This document shows, in pieces, positions 24,341 through 38,510 of a stretch of DNA of 64,000 nucleotides. Made by a program: the position numbers and the translations under genes. Below the pieces are notes generated by a model, which did no database searches, was not told the DNA's origin, and saw only the letters and a program-made list of their open reading frames with translations. The DNA is from Heterodontus francisci. Lineage: Eukaryota. Positions within the stretch are counted from its first letter, which is position 1, and each line of letters opens with the position of its first letter. The DNA is taken from the NCBI RefSeq assembly GCF_036365525.1, contig NC_090394.1, forward strand, positions 65,273,743 to 65,337,742, given 5' to 3'.

Positions 24341-27300
24341 GGAACATATGTACATACGAATTAGGAGCAGTAGTAGGCCACTCAGCCCTTCAAGCCTGCT
24401 CCGCCATTCAATGTTTATGGCTGAACTGATTGCTCCACGTTTCCACCTGCCCCTGATAACCTTCCACCTCCTTGCTTACCAAGAATCTATCTACCTCTGC
24501 CTGAAACATATTCAAAGACTCTGCTTCCACCGCCTTTTGAGGAAGAGAATTACAAAGATTCATGATCCTTTGAGAGAGAAAAATTCTCCTCATCTCTGTC
24601 TTACTTGGGCGACCCCTTATTTTTAAACAGTGACCCTTTCTTCTAGATTCTCCCACAAGGGGAAACATCTTTTCCACATCCACCCTGCCAAGACCCTTCA
24701 GGATCTTTTATATTTCAATCAAGTCTCCTCTTGCTGTTCTAAAAATTCCAGCGGATACAAGCCGAGCCTGTTTAATCTTTCCTCATAAGACAGCCCGCCC
24801 ATTCCAGGGATAAGTCTAGTAAATATTCTCTGTACTGCCTCCAATGTATTTACATCCTTCCTTAAATAAGGAGACCAGTACTGTACACAGTACTCCACAT
24901 GTAGACTCAGCAATGCCCTGTATACCTGAAGCATAACCTCCCTACCTTTGTATTCAATTCCCCTCGCAATAAATGATAGCATTCTATTAGCTTTCCTAAT
25001 TACGTGCTGTACCTGCATACTAGCCTTTTGCAATTCATGCATGAGGACACGCAGATCCCTCTGCATCTCAGAGCTCTGCAATCTCTCACCATTTAGATAA
25101 TACGTTTCTTTTTTATTCTTCCTGCCAAAGTGGACAATTTCACACTTTCTGACATTATACTCCATTTGCCAGGTCTTTGCCCACACACTTAACCTATCTA
25201 TATGCCTTTGTAGCCCCCTTATGTCCTCTTCACAAGTTACTTTCCTACCTATCTTTGTGTCATCAGCAAATTTAGCAACCATACCTTTGGTCCCTTCAGC
25301 TAAGTCATTTATATCAATTGTAAAAAGTTGAGGCCCCAGCACAGATCCCTGTGGCATACCACTCGTTCCATCTTGCCAACCAGAAAATGACCCATTTATG
25401 CCTATTCTCTGTTTCCTGTTAGCCAGCCAATCTTCTATCCATGCCAATATGTTAACCCCTACACCATGAGCTTTTATTTTCTGCAATAACCTTTGATGTG
25501 GCATCTTATCAAATGCCTTCTGGAAATCTAAGTACAATACATCCACCGGTTCCCCTTCATCCACAGCACATGTAACTCCCTCAAAGCACTCCAATAAATT
25601 GGTTAAACATGATTTCCCTTTCATAAAACCATGTTGACTCTGCCTGATTACCTTGAATTTTTCTAAATGCCCTGCGAAAACGTCTTTAATAATAGCTTCT
25701 AACATTTTCCCTAAGACAGATGTTAAGCCAACTGGTCTGTCATTTTCTGCTTTCTGTCTCCCTCCCTCCCTCCCTTTTTGAATAAAGGAGTTAGATCCAC
25801 TATTTTCCAATCTAATGGAACCTTCCCCGAGTCTAATTTTGGAAAATTAAAACTAATGCATGAACTATCTCACTAGCCACTTCTTTTAACACCTGAGGAT
25901 GAAGTCCATCAGGACCCAGGGACTTGTCAGCCTGCAGCTCTAACAGTTTGTTCAGTACTATTTCCCTGGTGATTAATTTTCTTGAGTTCCTCCCTCCCTT
26001 CCATTTCCTGACTTACAGCTAATACTGGGATTTTACTTGTATCCTCAATAGTGAAGACCAATGCAAAATATCCGTTCAATTCATCTGTCATCTCCTTATT
26101 ATCCATTATTTATTCCCCAGACTCACTTTCTATAAGACCAACACTCACTTTGTTAACTTTTCTTTTTTAAATATCTATAGAAACTCTTACTACCTGCCTT
26201 TATATTTCTAGCTAGTTTTCTCTTGTACTCTAATATTACCTTCCTTTTCAATCTTTTAGTCATTCTTTGCTGTTTTTTATATTCTGTCCAATCTTCTGAC
26301 CTGCCTCCCATCTTTGCGCAATTATAGGCCTTTTCTTTAAGTTTGATACTATCTTTAACTGTTTTAGTTAACCACGGATGGCGGTCCCACCCTTTGAGTT
26401 TTATCTTTCTCGTTGAAATGTATCTATTCTGTGTATTCTGAAACATCCCTTTTAAATGTCTGTCACTGCATCTCTATTGACCTATCCCTTAAACTGATTT
26501 GCCAGTTCACTTTAGCTAGCTCTGCTTTCATGCCCTCATAATTGCCCTTAATTTTAAAATACTAGTCTTGGACGCACTCTTCTCTCCCTCAAACTGAATG
26601 TTAAATGTAAAATTCAATCATATTATGATTGCTGCTGCCTCGGGACACCTTAACTATAAGGTCATTAATTAATCCTATCTCGTTGCACAATACCAGGTCT
26701 AGTATAGCCTGCTGTCTGGTTGGCTCCAGAATGTATTGTTCCAAGAAATTATCCCGAAAACATTCTATGTACTCATCCTCTAGGCTACCTCAGCCCATCT
26801 GATTTTTCCAGTCTATATGTAGGTTAAAATCCCCCATAATTATCGCTGTACCTTTCTGACAAGCTGTCATTATTTCTTCCTTTATATCCCGTACTACAGT
26901 GTGGTTAATGTTAGGTGGCCCATACACCACTCCCACAAGTGACTTCTTGCCTTTATGATTTCTCATCTCTACCCAACTGCTTCTACATCCTGGTCTGCTG
27001 AATTTAGGTCTTCCCTATCTATTGCGCTAATACCATCATTAATTAACAGAGCTACCCCTCCACCTTTTCCTAGGTTCCTGTCCTTCCTAAATGCCATGTA
27101 CCCTTCAATATTCAGGTCCCAGTCTATGTCGTTCTGCAGCCATGTTTCTGTAATGGCTATGAGATCATACTTATTTATTTCTATTTGCGCTCTCAGTTCA
27201 TCTGTTTTGTTTTGAATGCTACGTGTATTCAGATACAGAGCGTTTACTCTTATCCTTTTATTATTTTTGTAACCTCTAGCCTTATATGTTGATTTACTCT

Positions 27301-30095
27301 TAGATTTGTTCGTTCTGTCCCTTCCTGTCACAGTCTATAATTTCCCATATTAATAGCTTTCTTGCCTCTACTCCTTGATTAACCATATCTTTCCAGATTT
27401 GATCCCTTGCCCCCACTATTCAGTTTAATACCCTCTCTACTTCCCCAGTTATGCAGCTCGCGAGAATACCGGCCCCAGCACAGTTCAGGTGTAGACGTCC
27501 CAACGGTACGGCCACCACTTTCCCCAGTACTGGTGCCAGTGCCCCACAAACCCGAATCCACTTAACACCAGTCTTTTAGCCATGCATTAATTTCTCTAAT
27601 CTTATTTGCCCTATGCCAATTTGCACGTGGCTCAGGTAATAATCTAGAGATTATTACCTTTGAGATTCTGCTTAATTTGGCGCCTAGTTCCTCATACTGA
27701 CTATGCAGAACCTCTTTCCTTGTCCTGCCTATGTCGTTGGTACCTACATGGACCACGAAGACTGGATCCTCCCCCTCCCACTTTAAGTTCCTCTCCAGCC
27801 CTGAGCAGATGTCCCGAACCCTAGCACCAGGCAAGCAACACAGCAGTCTGGACTCTTGCTCTTTGCTGCAGGTAACAGTCAATCCCCCTAACTATACTGT
27901 CCCCTACTACCACTACATTCCTTTTTTCTCACTGCATTTGATTGGCTTCCTGTACTATGGTGCCATTTTCAGGTTGCTCATCCACTCTGCAGCCCCCGCT
28001 CTCATCCAAACAAGCTGAAAGAACCTCATACCTGTTGGACAATTGAAAAGGCTGAGGCTTCTGCACTCCGGATCCCCTTACCTGCCTCAGCTGCAGCCAC
28101 ACTCTCCTGTCCCTGACCACTGACCGAATCAGAAGACCCTATCCTAAGGGGTGTGACAGCCTCCTGATACAAAATATCCAGGTAATTTTCCCCCTTCCTG
28201 ATGTGTCGCAGTGTCTGCAGCTCAGACTCCAGTTCAGTGACTCTGAGCCGAAGCTCTTTGAGCTGCAAACGCTTATTGCAGACATGTTTGCCCTGGATCA
28301 GAGTGGCATCCAGGAGCGCCCACATGCTGCGGCCATCACCCAGCACCTGTCCTGCCATCTTTGATGTGTTTTAATTAACTACTTAATTATTTTATTCAAT
28401 TATTTATTTTATCTTTTTAAATATATTTTATTAAGTTTACCACAAGTTCATTTACTATTTTAAATGTTAGGATTAGAATGGACCTTAATCACTTACCAGA
28501 TACTCACCAACAGGTAGCTTCTTCCCAAACCAATCACCTACTCGCTTGCCTGTGATGTTTGATATATATTTGATTTCTTCTTTGGCCTCCTTATCTTGAG
28601 AGACAATGAGTAAGCGCCTGGAGTTGGTCAGTGGTTTGTGGAGCAGCGCCTGGAGTGGCTATAAAGGCCAATTCTAGAGTGACAGGCTCTTCCACAGGTG
28701 CTGCAGAAAAATTTGTTTGTCGGGGCTGTTACACAGTTGGTTCTCCCCTTGTGCCTCTGTCTTTTTTCCTGCCAACTGCTAAGTCTCTTCGACTCGCCAC
28801 ACTTTAGCCCCGCCTTTATGGCTGCCCGCCAGCTCTGGCGAATGCTGACAACTGACTCCCACGACTTGTGATCAATGTCACAGGACTTCATGTCGCGTTT
28901 GCAGACGTCTTTAAAGCGGAGACATGGACGGCCGGTGGGTCTGATACCAGTGGCGAGCTCGCTGCACAATGTGTCTTTGGGGATCCTGCCATCTTCCATG
29001 CGGCTCACATGGCCAAGCCATCTCAGGCACCGCTGACTCAGTAGTGTGTATAAGCTGGGGATGTTGGCTGCCTCGAGGACTTCTGTGTTGGAGATGCGGT
29101 CCTGCCACCTGATGCCAAGGATTCTCCGGAGGCAGCGAAGATGGAATGAATTGAGACATCGCTCTTGGCTGACATACGCTGTCCAGGCCTCGCTGCCGTA
29201 GAGCAAGGTACTGAGGACACAGGCTTGATACACTCGGACTTTTGTGTTCTGTGTCAGTGTGCCATTTTCCCACACACTCTTGGCCAGTCTGGACATAGTG
29301 GAAGCCTATGTGAAAGTGAAAGTGATCTGATGAGCCACCATGTTGAATTGTGCCTTTCATATTGTCATGGAATGAGGTGATACTTAGTAGCTTTGGTGGA
29401 CATCCAATCTTTTCTAGTAGTCTGCAGAGACCACGTCTGCTGACGAGGTCAAAGGCTTTGGTGAGATCAATGAAAGCAATGTAGAGGGGCATCTGTTGTA
29501 CGCGGCATTTCTCCTGTATCTGACGAAGGGAGAACCGCATGTCAACGGTCGATCTCTCTGCACGAAAGTCACACTGTGCCTCAGGGTAGATGCGCTCGGC
29601 CAGCTTCTGGAGCCTGTTTAGAGCGACTCGAGCAAAGACTTTCCCCACTATGCTGAGCAGGGAGATTCCACGGTAGTTGTTGCAGTCACCGCGGTCACCT
29701 TTGTTTTTATAGAGGGTGATTATATTGGCATCGCGCATGTTTGATACTATATTTGATTTAAATTAAATTAAAAGCTTACCTGTATACTCACCCCGGCGGA
29801 TCTCTGTTTCCTGCTCTCACTATTGATTGTGATGTCACTCTGATGTCACTTTTCAATTTTTCTCCCTGCTCCCCTCTCCGCTCCCACCATGCCCCTCTCT
29901 CTCTCCGCTCCCACCGTGCTCCTCTCTCTCTCTTCGCTCCCGCTGTGTGTCTCTCGCTCTCTCTAGCCGTGCTCGTCTCCCTATATTCTCTCTCTCGTCT
30001 CCGACTCTGGGCTTTTGGTGCGCTGTGTAAAACTCTGTTCCCGCCATGCTCCTCTCTCTTGTTCTGACTCTGTCTCTGGTCTTTTATAGTCAAAT
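24341..30095 (-). mobile_element. Near full-length CR1 LINE (5' UTR, ORF1 zinc-finger/leucine-zipper + SGNH esterase-like, ORF2 APE-RT), inactivated and interrupted by an RTE insertion
   Basis: ORF1 pieces 28026-28358 and 27562-27882 (LPGARV, VHVGTNDIG). ORF2 pieces 26969-27331 (IAITETWL) and 24719-25810 (363 aa RT, FADDTKIG). GA-rich 5' UTR with gtgacatca repeats and TATAAAAG near 30085. Confidence 0.92.
28577..29739 (-). mobile_element. RTE-clade (BovB-like) LINE, 5'-truncated with an internal deletion
   Basis: DANIITLYKNKGDRGDCNNYRGISLLS, FIDLTKAFD, VLSTLLYGSEAW, LRWLGHVSRMEDGRIPK and a C-terminal C2H2-like finger. ~22-bp TSD atgtttgata(c)tatatttgattt at 28555-28576 and 29737-29759. Confidence 0.92.
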
Positions 30096-31880
30096 GTGAG
30101 GCATGGCAGAATCTCTCATGCCCACTAGTATCCTTGACTCATCCTAAATTCTGAAGCAGGCTTATTTGTAGAGATTCAACGGACATCTATCACTATCAGT
30201 ACAACAGGGGCACTGGGGCTATGTGGGGGGGGGGGGTGGGAGGAGAAGAGGAACCATGGCTTTGCTCAGTCAGCAGCATAACGATGAATTTAAATGGATG
30301 TGTTGGCAGGGACATGGCCCTTTGCAGCCAGTGTTATAAGGACACTAATATGGGCATCCCTTCAAATTACATTCCTGCATGTGCCCATCCATTTGTGAAT
30401 GGGTGTATTATGCAACTGCCCCCATATGGGTTGGAATTCCTGACTGTTCTGATAGGATCAAGGATGCACCAAAAACTTTGTGGGTCTTTGCCCAGTATCA
30501 TTTTGACAAAATAAGGAGACTTTTTAATATAGGACATTATTATACTATGCCTGAGACTGATTCGAAGGTGAAAATTATTTACCAGTGAAGCAGTTCCCTG
30601 GTTTAAATTTACAATTTTTGGTTCTGAAATATCCATAATCCTTGGGTTTTCAATACAGTCTTGCCTTGTTCCATTTCATAATGTAAGAGGAATTTCTCAT
30701 CTTTTTGAGTTATCATATTAAAAAGTTGGATTTTATTTAGATTCTGCTTTAAAAAGATATTTTTGTTTACATGATGCTACAGTAGTCCCCATGGGTGGAT
30801 GGTAAATAGCCCCAGTTCTGTTGTCGTCTCTCTTCCCAGTTTTTGTTGGGATTGCCCTCTAGTGTCCGCAATGGACATTGCAAAGACTACTGAGTTGATT
30901 TGTTGATCCTGTTAAAATTAATATGGTAGCATTGACAAACTTTCAGTTTGTAAACCAGTTCCATTCTTGTTTGACATCATAATTCAGCCAACTGTGATGG
31001 TATTTAAGAATTGCTTTTTTCCTCACTCTAACTGCTGCTGTTTACTCTTCTGTAGTAAATGATATCCTACCTGGCATTGAAAGTTGCATGCCTCCCTGTT
31101 CCCCTTCTTTTGGACCTTGTACTGCAGCATCATTTAAACATGGTTGTGTTCTGCGTCTCAAAATTCTGCGCATGGCTTTGAGATCGGGTTCAGGCCTGCC
31201 AAGTCAACTTTATTTCTGCTCATAACTTCTATAAATCCAGTATTGGAGATGCTAAATACACCTTAATATAAATAAATATATATTTCCTTACCCTTTAGTT
31301 TCAGTGGATCTTCATCTGATGGACATTTCCTCTCATTTCTCACCACCCATCAGTGCCTGTTACTTTGTTGCAAACTTCCTTGTTTTTCATTATATCACTG
31401 ATCCTGGTCTAGTCAGTGGTGCTCTGCAATTTTCTGTTTCTCAGTTTTAAATATGCCATCTTACAGGTACCTCTTCCAACATCCTCACTGAGTTTAAATC
31501 AAGTTACAACTTCATACTGTAATTCATTCCTTCACTGAGCCTCAACTGTATCAAACTGCTGACCTCCCTCAGTCTTTCGGTCCTCCGACAATCTTGAGAA
31601 TTTTATAAGTTCAAGCTTGGCATTGCCTGCTCACTGTTTTGTTTTGTTTTTTATATATCTCTTTCACTTCTCAAAAACATTTTCTCCATCTCTTGTGAAA
31701 GCTCCTGGACTATGATTCTATGAGCAATGATCAATCTACACAACCTTGCCTAAGGGATCATTATTCAGATATGATCCTTGACCGTGAATGTTGATCAGTT
31801 TTATTTTGAAATAACTGATTATTACTGTTCTCAGCCTTTTGGATGAATATAGTTTCTAAAGGTTTTTGTTTTCTTAACAG

Positions 31881-31991
31881 GCAGTGTCTATAGGAGATGT
31901 AAGAAGGGAATTGACATTCTGCAAGAAAACTGGGTTACCAGTGGTGGGAATAATTGAAAACATGAGTGGCTTTGTTTGCCCTAACTGTTCA
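31881..31991 (+). CDS. NUBP2: NUBP2 exon 5 (CxxC Fe-S ligand motif)
   Basis: aacag|[37 protein letters not shown]|gtgagt. Confidence 0.97.
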
Positions 31992-32520
31992 GTGAGTATT
32001 GAAAGCTTTTTGAATTATTCTAACTGTGGATTTATTCGACCACTGTGATCAAGTGAAGAAACTTTTGCAGGTTTTAAAAACCTGGCCTAGTTGCTGATAT
32101 TGCCAATATTAATAGATATATTTTACAAGTGTCGGTTCAACATTTGAAAGGTTTGATGGGTTTTTACTGTTATAGAATTTAAAAGTGAGGTCTTTCATCC
32201 TGTTAATTTCGACTGGAGTTGAAATATGCTTCCAGCTTCACAACTTTCTTAACATTTTAGAGTTGAACTGTGATCTTTCAATATATTAATGCAAGACAGA
32301 CCATGAGTGATCTAAAACCAAAAAACAATGTATCTGTGGATTTCCACTTGAAGCATGAGAGGATACAATAGTAATTTATGTTACAAAGAGCGTATCTCTG
32401 AATAATGGTAAATATGTTTGACAATGTAATTTGATACATGTCTCAAGACTCTAATGACTTGTAAAGGAATAAAATGATGCTGTTTTCAGGTTTTGACTTG
32501 AATAAATGATTGCTTTTTAG

Positions 32521-32590
32521 GAATGCACTAATGTATTTTCCAGAGGAGGGGGAGAAGCACTTGCTGAGCAGTTTCGGGTTCCATTTTTAG
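32521..32590 (+). CDS. NUBP2: NUBP2 exon 6
   Basis: tttag|ECTNVFSRGGGEALAEQFRVPFL-G|gtgagc. Confidence 0.96.
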
Positions 32591-33828
32591 GTGAGCATCC
32601 TAAAGTGAACTTTAGATTTGTAAATCACTGGTGAGTGTTTGACTTTGACTGATCTTGGTCAACTATCTTGACAACATTTATGGAATAAACGGATTTCTCT
32701 ACAAAATATAATTAGTTAAATACCTTTGTGTGATAAATGCATGACATGATTTGTGTTCATTTTGGGGAACAGCATTGAGTAAAATTAATTTATAATTTGT
32801 GGCAATATTTCTGTTTGAGTATGTAATGTCATACTTGTTCTAAGAGTCCTAAATCTTCTCCAGATCTTGTATACATGGCGTATCTGTGGAACATAGAGCA
32901 TGCTGATAGTTGCGTTTTAGTGAATGTGCACATGAAATTTGAGTCATTCAGCACAGGGTCACAGATAAGGGAGCCTATTTGACCCATTTGAATAAAAACC
33001 TACAATTTCCCTGCCCCCTCTAAATTACAGCTTTCAGGTATGTCTTTTGAATTATTGCAAGGTTTTCCAACTCCCAAGCATCGCTATACTACTGGAAGTC
33101 CATTCTGAGTGTTAGTCACTTTTATTTTGATGTGCCAACCATTTTGGTATTGGTCCTAAATATGCTAACCTGTGCCCACTTGTTCAGCCATGAAAAGCAT
33201 TTAACAGAAACAGGCACATAAACAAAATTGTAATGTGGGAAATGAGCACATTGCTGCATGAAGAGAAAGACAGTTTTTATTCTGTGTGCAGCTCCATGGA
33301 AGAACATTCCTCCTTGGCAGTATCAAGAAGTACACATTTTTTAAAGCCCCTTTATGTGCCTCATCAAACTTTTCATTTTGATATTTCTACCTTTGGGTGG
33401 TGATATTCAGATGAAGTGAAAAGAAAAGCTGGGGTGTGTAGAGTTGTTCCATTTTGTAATGTTTACGTTTGATATTTATGTAAACTTGTTTTCTTTTAGA
33501 AATAATTCAATTTGAGTGTTTTACTCCAATGCTAAAGCTTTACTTTGGTCTTGAAGTAATGATGAGTATGAGTTGATATAATTGTCTGAATTTTTTTTTT
33601 CTTCCAATGGAGAAAGGAATAAATATCAGGCTCGGGCAAAGACAACTTCAAACCTATTATTTCACATAGTAATTTCAAGGCCGTGGGATCTTTTCCCCCT
33701 CATTTACAGCAGCTATTTGTAGTGGCTTGCTTTAGTTCATGCTTCACTGAAGCATAGAATGAATTGATTTGCCAGTAGTTTTCAATTTTGCTCTTGAAGC
33801 ATCATTGTTTACATTTTTTCTTACCCAG

Positions 33829-33983
33829 GGCGAGTTCCTCTCGATCCTCAGCTGTCTCATAGTCTGGAAGAAGGTAGAAATTTCATCCAAGCCTTTCCAA
33901 AGAGTGCAACCTTTGATGCCATTAATAACATAGTGGAGAAGATTTTAAGTAATGGCAGTGAATCCTCTGCACTTTGTACATGA
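33829..33983 (+). CDS. NUBP2: NUBP2 exon 7 (last coding exon)
   Basis: cccag|(G)RVPLDPQLSHSLEEGRNFIQAFPKSATFDAINNIVEKILSNGSESSALCT*. The spliced CDS totals 819 nt (272 aa) with all phases consistent. Confidence 0.95.
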
Positions 33984-34168
33984 GATTATTCCTTGTGTAT
34001 TTGTATTGAACTGCTGGGGTAGGGGATTGCAGAATAGAAGCACAAAGGACTCGCACTGTTGAAATGCAGGGATACGATAATCAACGTTTCTTCCAGAAAT
34101 GGAAACTCTGTTTATAAATATTGGACCGATAATGCCTTTTGTTGTACCTACTGAAATGTGAAATTATA

Positions 34169-34174
34169 AATAAA
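34169..34174 (+). terminator. Candidate NUBP2 polyadenylation signal
   Basis: First AATAAA after the stop, followed by GT/T-rich sequence. Further AATAAA at ~34652 and ~34859. Confidence 0.5.
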
Positions 34175-35039
34175 AGATTTTGTACCCAGTTATTTTTGTG
34201 AATGTGCTTCAACACCACAACTTGTGTATTGTAGTGAAGAATATTTACAGTACCAGGCATTCTATTCCAGGTGTTAGTGCGCGTGAACCAGTGCATAGTG
34301 CACTAAGAGCGGCTGATTTAGGTCATCTGATCTTGCTATTTATAACTCCTTGAGGTGGAATATGTTACAGAACACTGCTCCATTTAGAGCCTAACTGAGC
34401 TGATCCAATACAGAGAGTTTAAATGACTGACTATAAACTTTGGGAATTGAAAACAGCCTACTGGTTAGGGATCAGCCAGAGATATGAAATTACATTTAAT
34501 ATTGTAATAATTACTTTCACAAACTGAAACCATGCTCTTACGCAAACCTATTTAGCAATAGTACATAGTCTGGTTGACCTCCCTGTGTCTATCTGCTTAT
34601 TAAGAATGTCATCTGCAACCGGGATATTCACTTTTGGTAAGGATTGTGTTAAATAAATTTTGGATTTTTTCTGATTATAGTAATGAATATTAAAGTGCTT
34701 TGAAATGAGGGTTCCTGAAAAATTTTTATTCACAAGAAACAACCTAACTGAATCATGCACGAACGAGAATGATTCAAGTGTGTAGTGCCATCAATGCTAT
34801 ACTGCAGATAGTTATGCTAATTTGATTACATTACTTGCTGACTTAAATAAGATTGCTTAATAAATTATCACAGTTAGTTTTGTGATAGGTAAATGGTGTC
34901 ATTAGTTAGCCCAGTAACACAAAAATTAGTGCTGAACTACTGATTTGCAGTCTTGAGTTTCAGCTATGACACACATATTTGGGATTTCATTTGGAGGCAA
35001 GTTTTGCTGTATTTGCTGTGTTAACTGCAAGCGAGGAAA

Positions 35040-37570
35040 AGCAAGAACGAACAAAGAACAGTACAGCACAGAAACAGGCCATTCGGCCCTCCAAGCCTGC
35101 GCCGATCTTGGTGCCTGTCTAAACTAAAACCTTCTGCACTTCCGGGGACCATATCCCTCTATTCCCATCCTATTCATGTATTTGTCGTTATCGTACCTGC
35201 TTCCACCACCTTCCCCGGCAGCAAGTTCCAGGCACTCTCCACAGAGGGTGGTAAGAACTTGCCTCGCACATCCCCTCTAAACTTTGCCCCTCGTACCTTA
35301 AACCTATGTCCCCTAGTAACTGACTCTTCCACCCTGGGAAAAATCTTCTGACCATCCACTCTGTCCATGCCACTCATAACTTTGTAAACCTCTATCATGT
35401 CGCCCCTCCACCTCTGTCGTTCCAGTGAAACAATCTGGGTTTATCCAACCTCTCCTCATAGCTAATGCCCTCCAGACCAGGCAACATCCTGGTAAACCTC
35501 TTCTGTACCCTCTCCAAAGCCTCCACGTCCTGGTAGTGTGGCGACCAGAATTGCACGCAATATTCTAAGTGTGGCCGAACTAAGGTTCTGTACAGCTGCA
35601 GCATGACTTGATAATTTTTATACTCTATGCCCCAACCGATAAAGGCAAGCATGCCGTATGCCTTCTTGACTACCTTATCCACCTGCGTTGCCACTTTCAG
35701 TGACCTGTGGACCTGTACGCCCAGATCTCTCTGCCTGTCAATACTCCTAAGGGTTCTGCCATTTACTGTATACTTCCCACCTATATTAGATCTTCCAAAA
35801 TGCATTACCTCACATTTGTCTGGATTAAACTCCATCTGCCATTTCTCCGCCCAAGTCTCCAACCGATCTATATCCTGCTGTATCCTCTGACAATCCTCAT
35901 CACTATCCGCAACTCCACCAACCTTTGTGTTGTCCGCAAACTTACTAATCAGACCAGCTACACTTTCCTCCAAATCATTTATATATTCTACAAACAGCAA
36001 AGGTCCCAGCACTGATCCCTGCGGAACACCACTAGTCACAGCCCTCTATTCAGAAAAGCACCCTTCGCTGCTACCCTCTGCCTTCTATGACCAAGCCAGT
36101 TCTGTATCCATCTTGCCAGCTCACCTCTGATCCGATGTGACTTCACCTTTTGTACCAGTCTGCTATGAGGGACCTTGACAAAGGCTTTACTGAAGTCCAT
36201 ATAGACAACATCCACTGCCCTTCCTTCATCAATCATCTTTGTCACTTCCTCAAAAAACTCAATCAAGTTAGTGAGACACGATCTCCCCTTCACAAAACCA
36301 TGCTGCCTCTCGCTAATAAGTTCATTTGTTTCCAAATGGGAGTAAATCCTGTCCCGAAGAATCCTCTCGAATAATTTCCCTACCACTGACGTAAGGCTCA
36401 CCAGCCTATAATTTCCTGGATTATCCTTGCTACCCTTAAAGGAACAACATTGGCTATTCTCCAGTCCTCTGTGACCTCACCTGTAGCCAATGAGGATACA
36501 AAGATTTCTGTCAAGGCCCCAGCAATTTCTTCCCTTGCCTCCCTCAGTATTCTGGGGTAGATCCCATCAGGCCCTGGGGACGTATCTACCTTAAAGCTTT
36601 GCAAGACGCCCGACACCTCTTCCTTTTTGATAACGACATGACTGAGACTATCTACACTCCCTTCCCTAGATTCATCATCCACCAAGTCCTTCTCCTTGGT
36701 GAATACTGATGCAAAGTACTCATTTAGTACCTTGCCCATTTCCTCTGGCTCCACGCATAGATTCCCTCCTCTGTCCTTGAGTGGGCCAAACCTTTCCCTG
36801 GTTACCCTCTTGCTCTTTATATACATATAAAAAGCCTTGGGATTCTCCTTAATCCTGTTTGCCAATGACTTTTCATGACCCCTTTTAGTCCTCTTGACTC
36901 CTTGCTTAAGTTCCTTCCTACTGTCTTTATATTCCTCAAGGGCTTCGTCTGTTCCCAGCCTTCCAGCCCTTACGAATGCTTCCTTTTTCTTTTTGACGAG
37001 GCTCACAATATCCCTTGTTATCCAAGGTTCCCGAAACTTGCCAAACTTATCCTTCTTCCTCACAGGAACATGCTGGTCCTGGATTCTAATCAACTGACGT
37101 TTGAAAGACTCCCACATGTCAGATGTTGATTTACCCTCAAACAGCCGCCCCCAATCTAAATTCTTCAGTTCCTGCCTAATATTGTTATAATTAGTCTTCC
37201 CCCAATTTAGCACCCTCACCAGAGGACTACTCTTATCCTTATTCACAAGTACCTTAAAACTTATGGAATTATGATCACTGTTCCAGAAATGCTCCCCTAC
37301 TGAAACTTCGACCACCTGTCCGGGCTCACTCCCCAATGCCAGGTCCAGTACGGCCCCATCCCTAGTTGGACTATCTACATATTGTTTCAAGAAGCCCTCC
37401 TGGATGCTCCTTACAAATTCTTCCCCATCCAAGCCCCTAGCACTAAGTGAGTCCCAGTCAATATAGGGGAAGTTAAAATCACTCACCACTACAACCCTGT
37501 TACCTCTACATCTTTCCAAAATCTGTCTTCATATCTGCTCCTCTACCTCCCGCTGGCTGACACTCATACA
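35040..37570 (-). mobile_element. CR1 LINE (HER1-like), 5'-truncated and relatively young
   Basis: Long ORF2 pieces 36398-37519, 36036-36401 and 35395-36039 with few frameshifts. 3' tail gggccgaatggcctgtttctgtgctgtac is shared with the HE1-type SINE tail. Confidence 0.93.
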
Positions 37571-37854
37571 GTCCTCTGGTGACGTGGTGAGGAGGGGCTT
37601 AACTCAGGATTAGGATTCATAGATCAAGAAGCAGGATTTGTTCCACTCTTGTGCTTGAGTGGATGAAGGAGCAATATGAAATGATGAAAATAAAGGAATT
37701 ACTGGTGAGATTAATGAATAATGAATCGAGCATGAATATGTAAGCATTTTTAACTGCTGCCTGGAGATGTAAATTTCCATCAAAGCTGGACTGTGAGCTA
37801 AAATGCCAGAACGATCTGTTACCAGTGTTCTGAAGAGCATCGGTTTTGGATGCC

Positions 37855-38510
37855 ATCACTAAGACTGCCTATTTCCACCTCCACAACATTGCCCGATTCC
37901 GCCCCTCAGCTCATCTGCTGATACCCTCCTTCGTGCCTTTGTTTCCATCTACACTTGACTATTCCAATGGACTCCTGGCTGGCTTTCCACATTCTAGGTC
38001 TCTGTAAACTTGAGGACATCCAAACCTCTGCTGCCTGTGTCTTAACTTGCACCAAGTCCTGTTCCCTATCACCCCCGTGCTCGCTGACCTACATTGGCTC
38101 CCGGTCAAGCAACATCTTGATTTTAAAATTCTCATCCTTGTTTTCAAATCCCTCCATGGCCTTGCCCATCCCTATCTCTGTAATCTCATCCAGCCCCACA
38201 ACCCTCCATGATATCTACGCTCCTCTAATTCTAGCCTCTTGTGCATCCTTGATTTAAATCGTTCCACTATTGGTGGCCGTGCCTTTAGCTGCCTAGGCAC
38301 CAAGCTTTGGAATACCCTTCCTACACCTCTCCACCTCGCTTTTCTTCTTTACGACACTCCTTAAAACCTGTCTGTTTGACCAAGCTTTTGATCACCTAAC
38401 TTAATATCATCTTGGCGGCTTGGTGCCATGCTTCATTTTATAATGCTCCTGTAAAGTGCCTTGGGACATTTTATTATGTTAAAGCTTCTATATAGATATA
38501 AGTTGTTGGA
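37855..38510 (+). mobile_element. L2 LINE, 3' fragment
   Basis: Degenerate AYFHLHNIAR..LDYSN..LADLHWLPV..ILILVFKS motifs and an L2-type tail (tgtaaagtgccttgggac...ataagttgttg). Confidence 0.8.

Noticed and set aside
30367-30636. 89-aa minus-strand ORF / possible nuclear mitochondrial insertion in NUBP2 intron 4
   Set aside because: No mitochondrial gene motifs; IKKSPYFVKMILGKDPQSFWCIL looks like a decayed LINE ORF2 linker.
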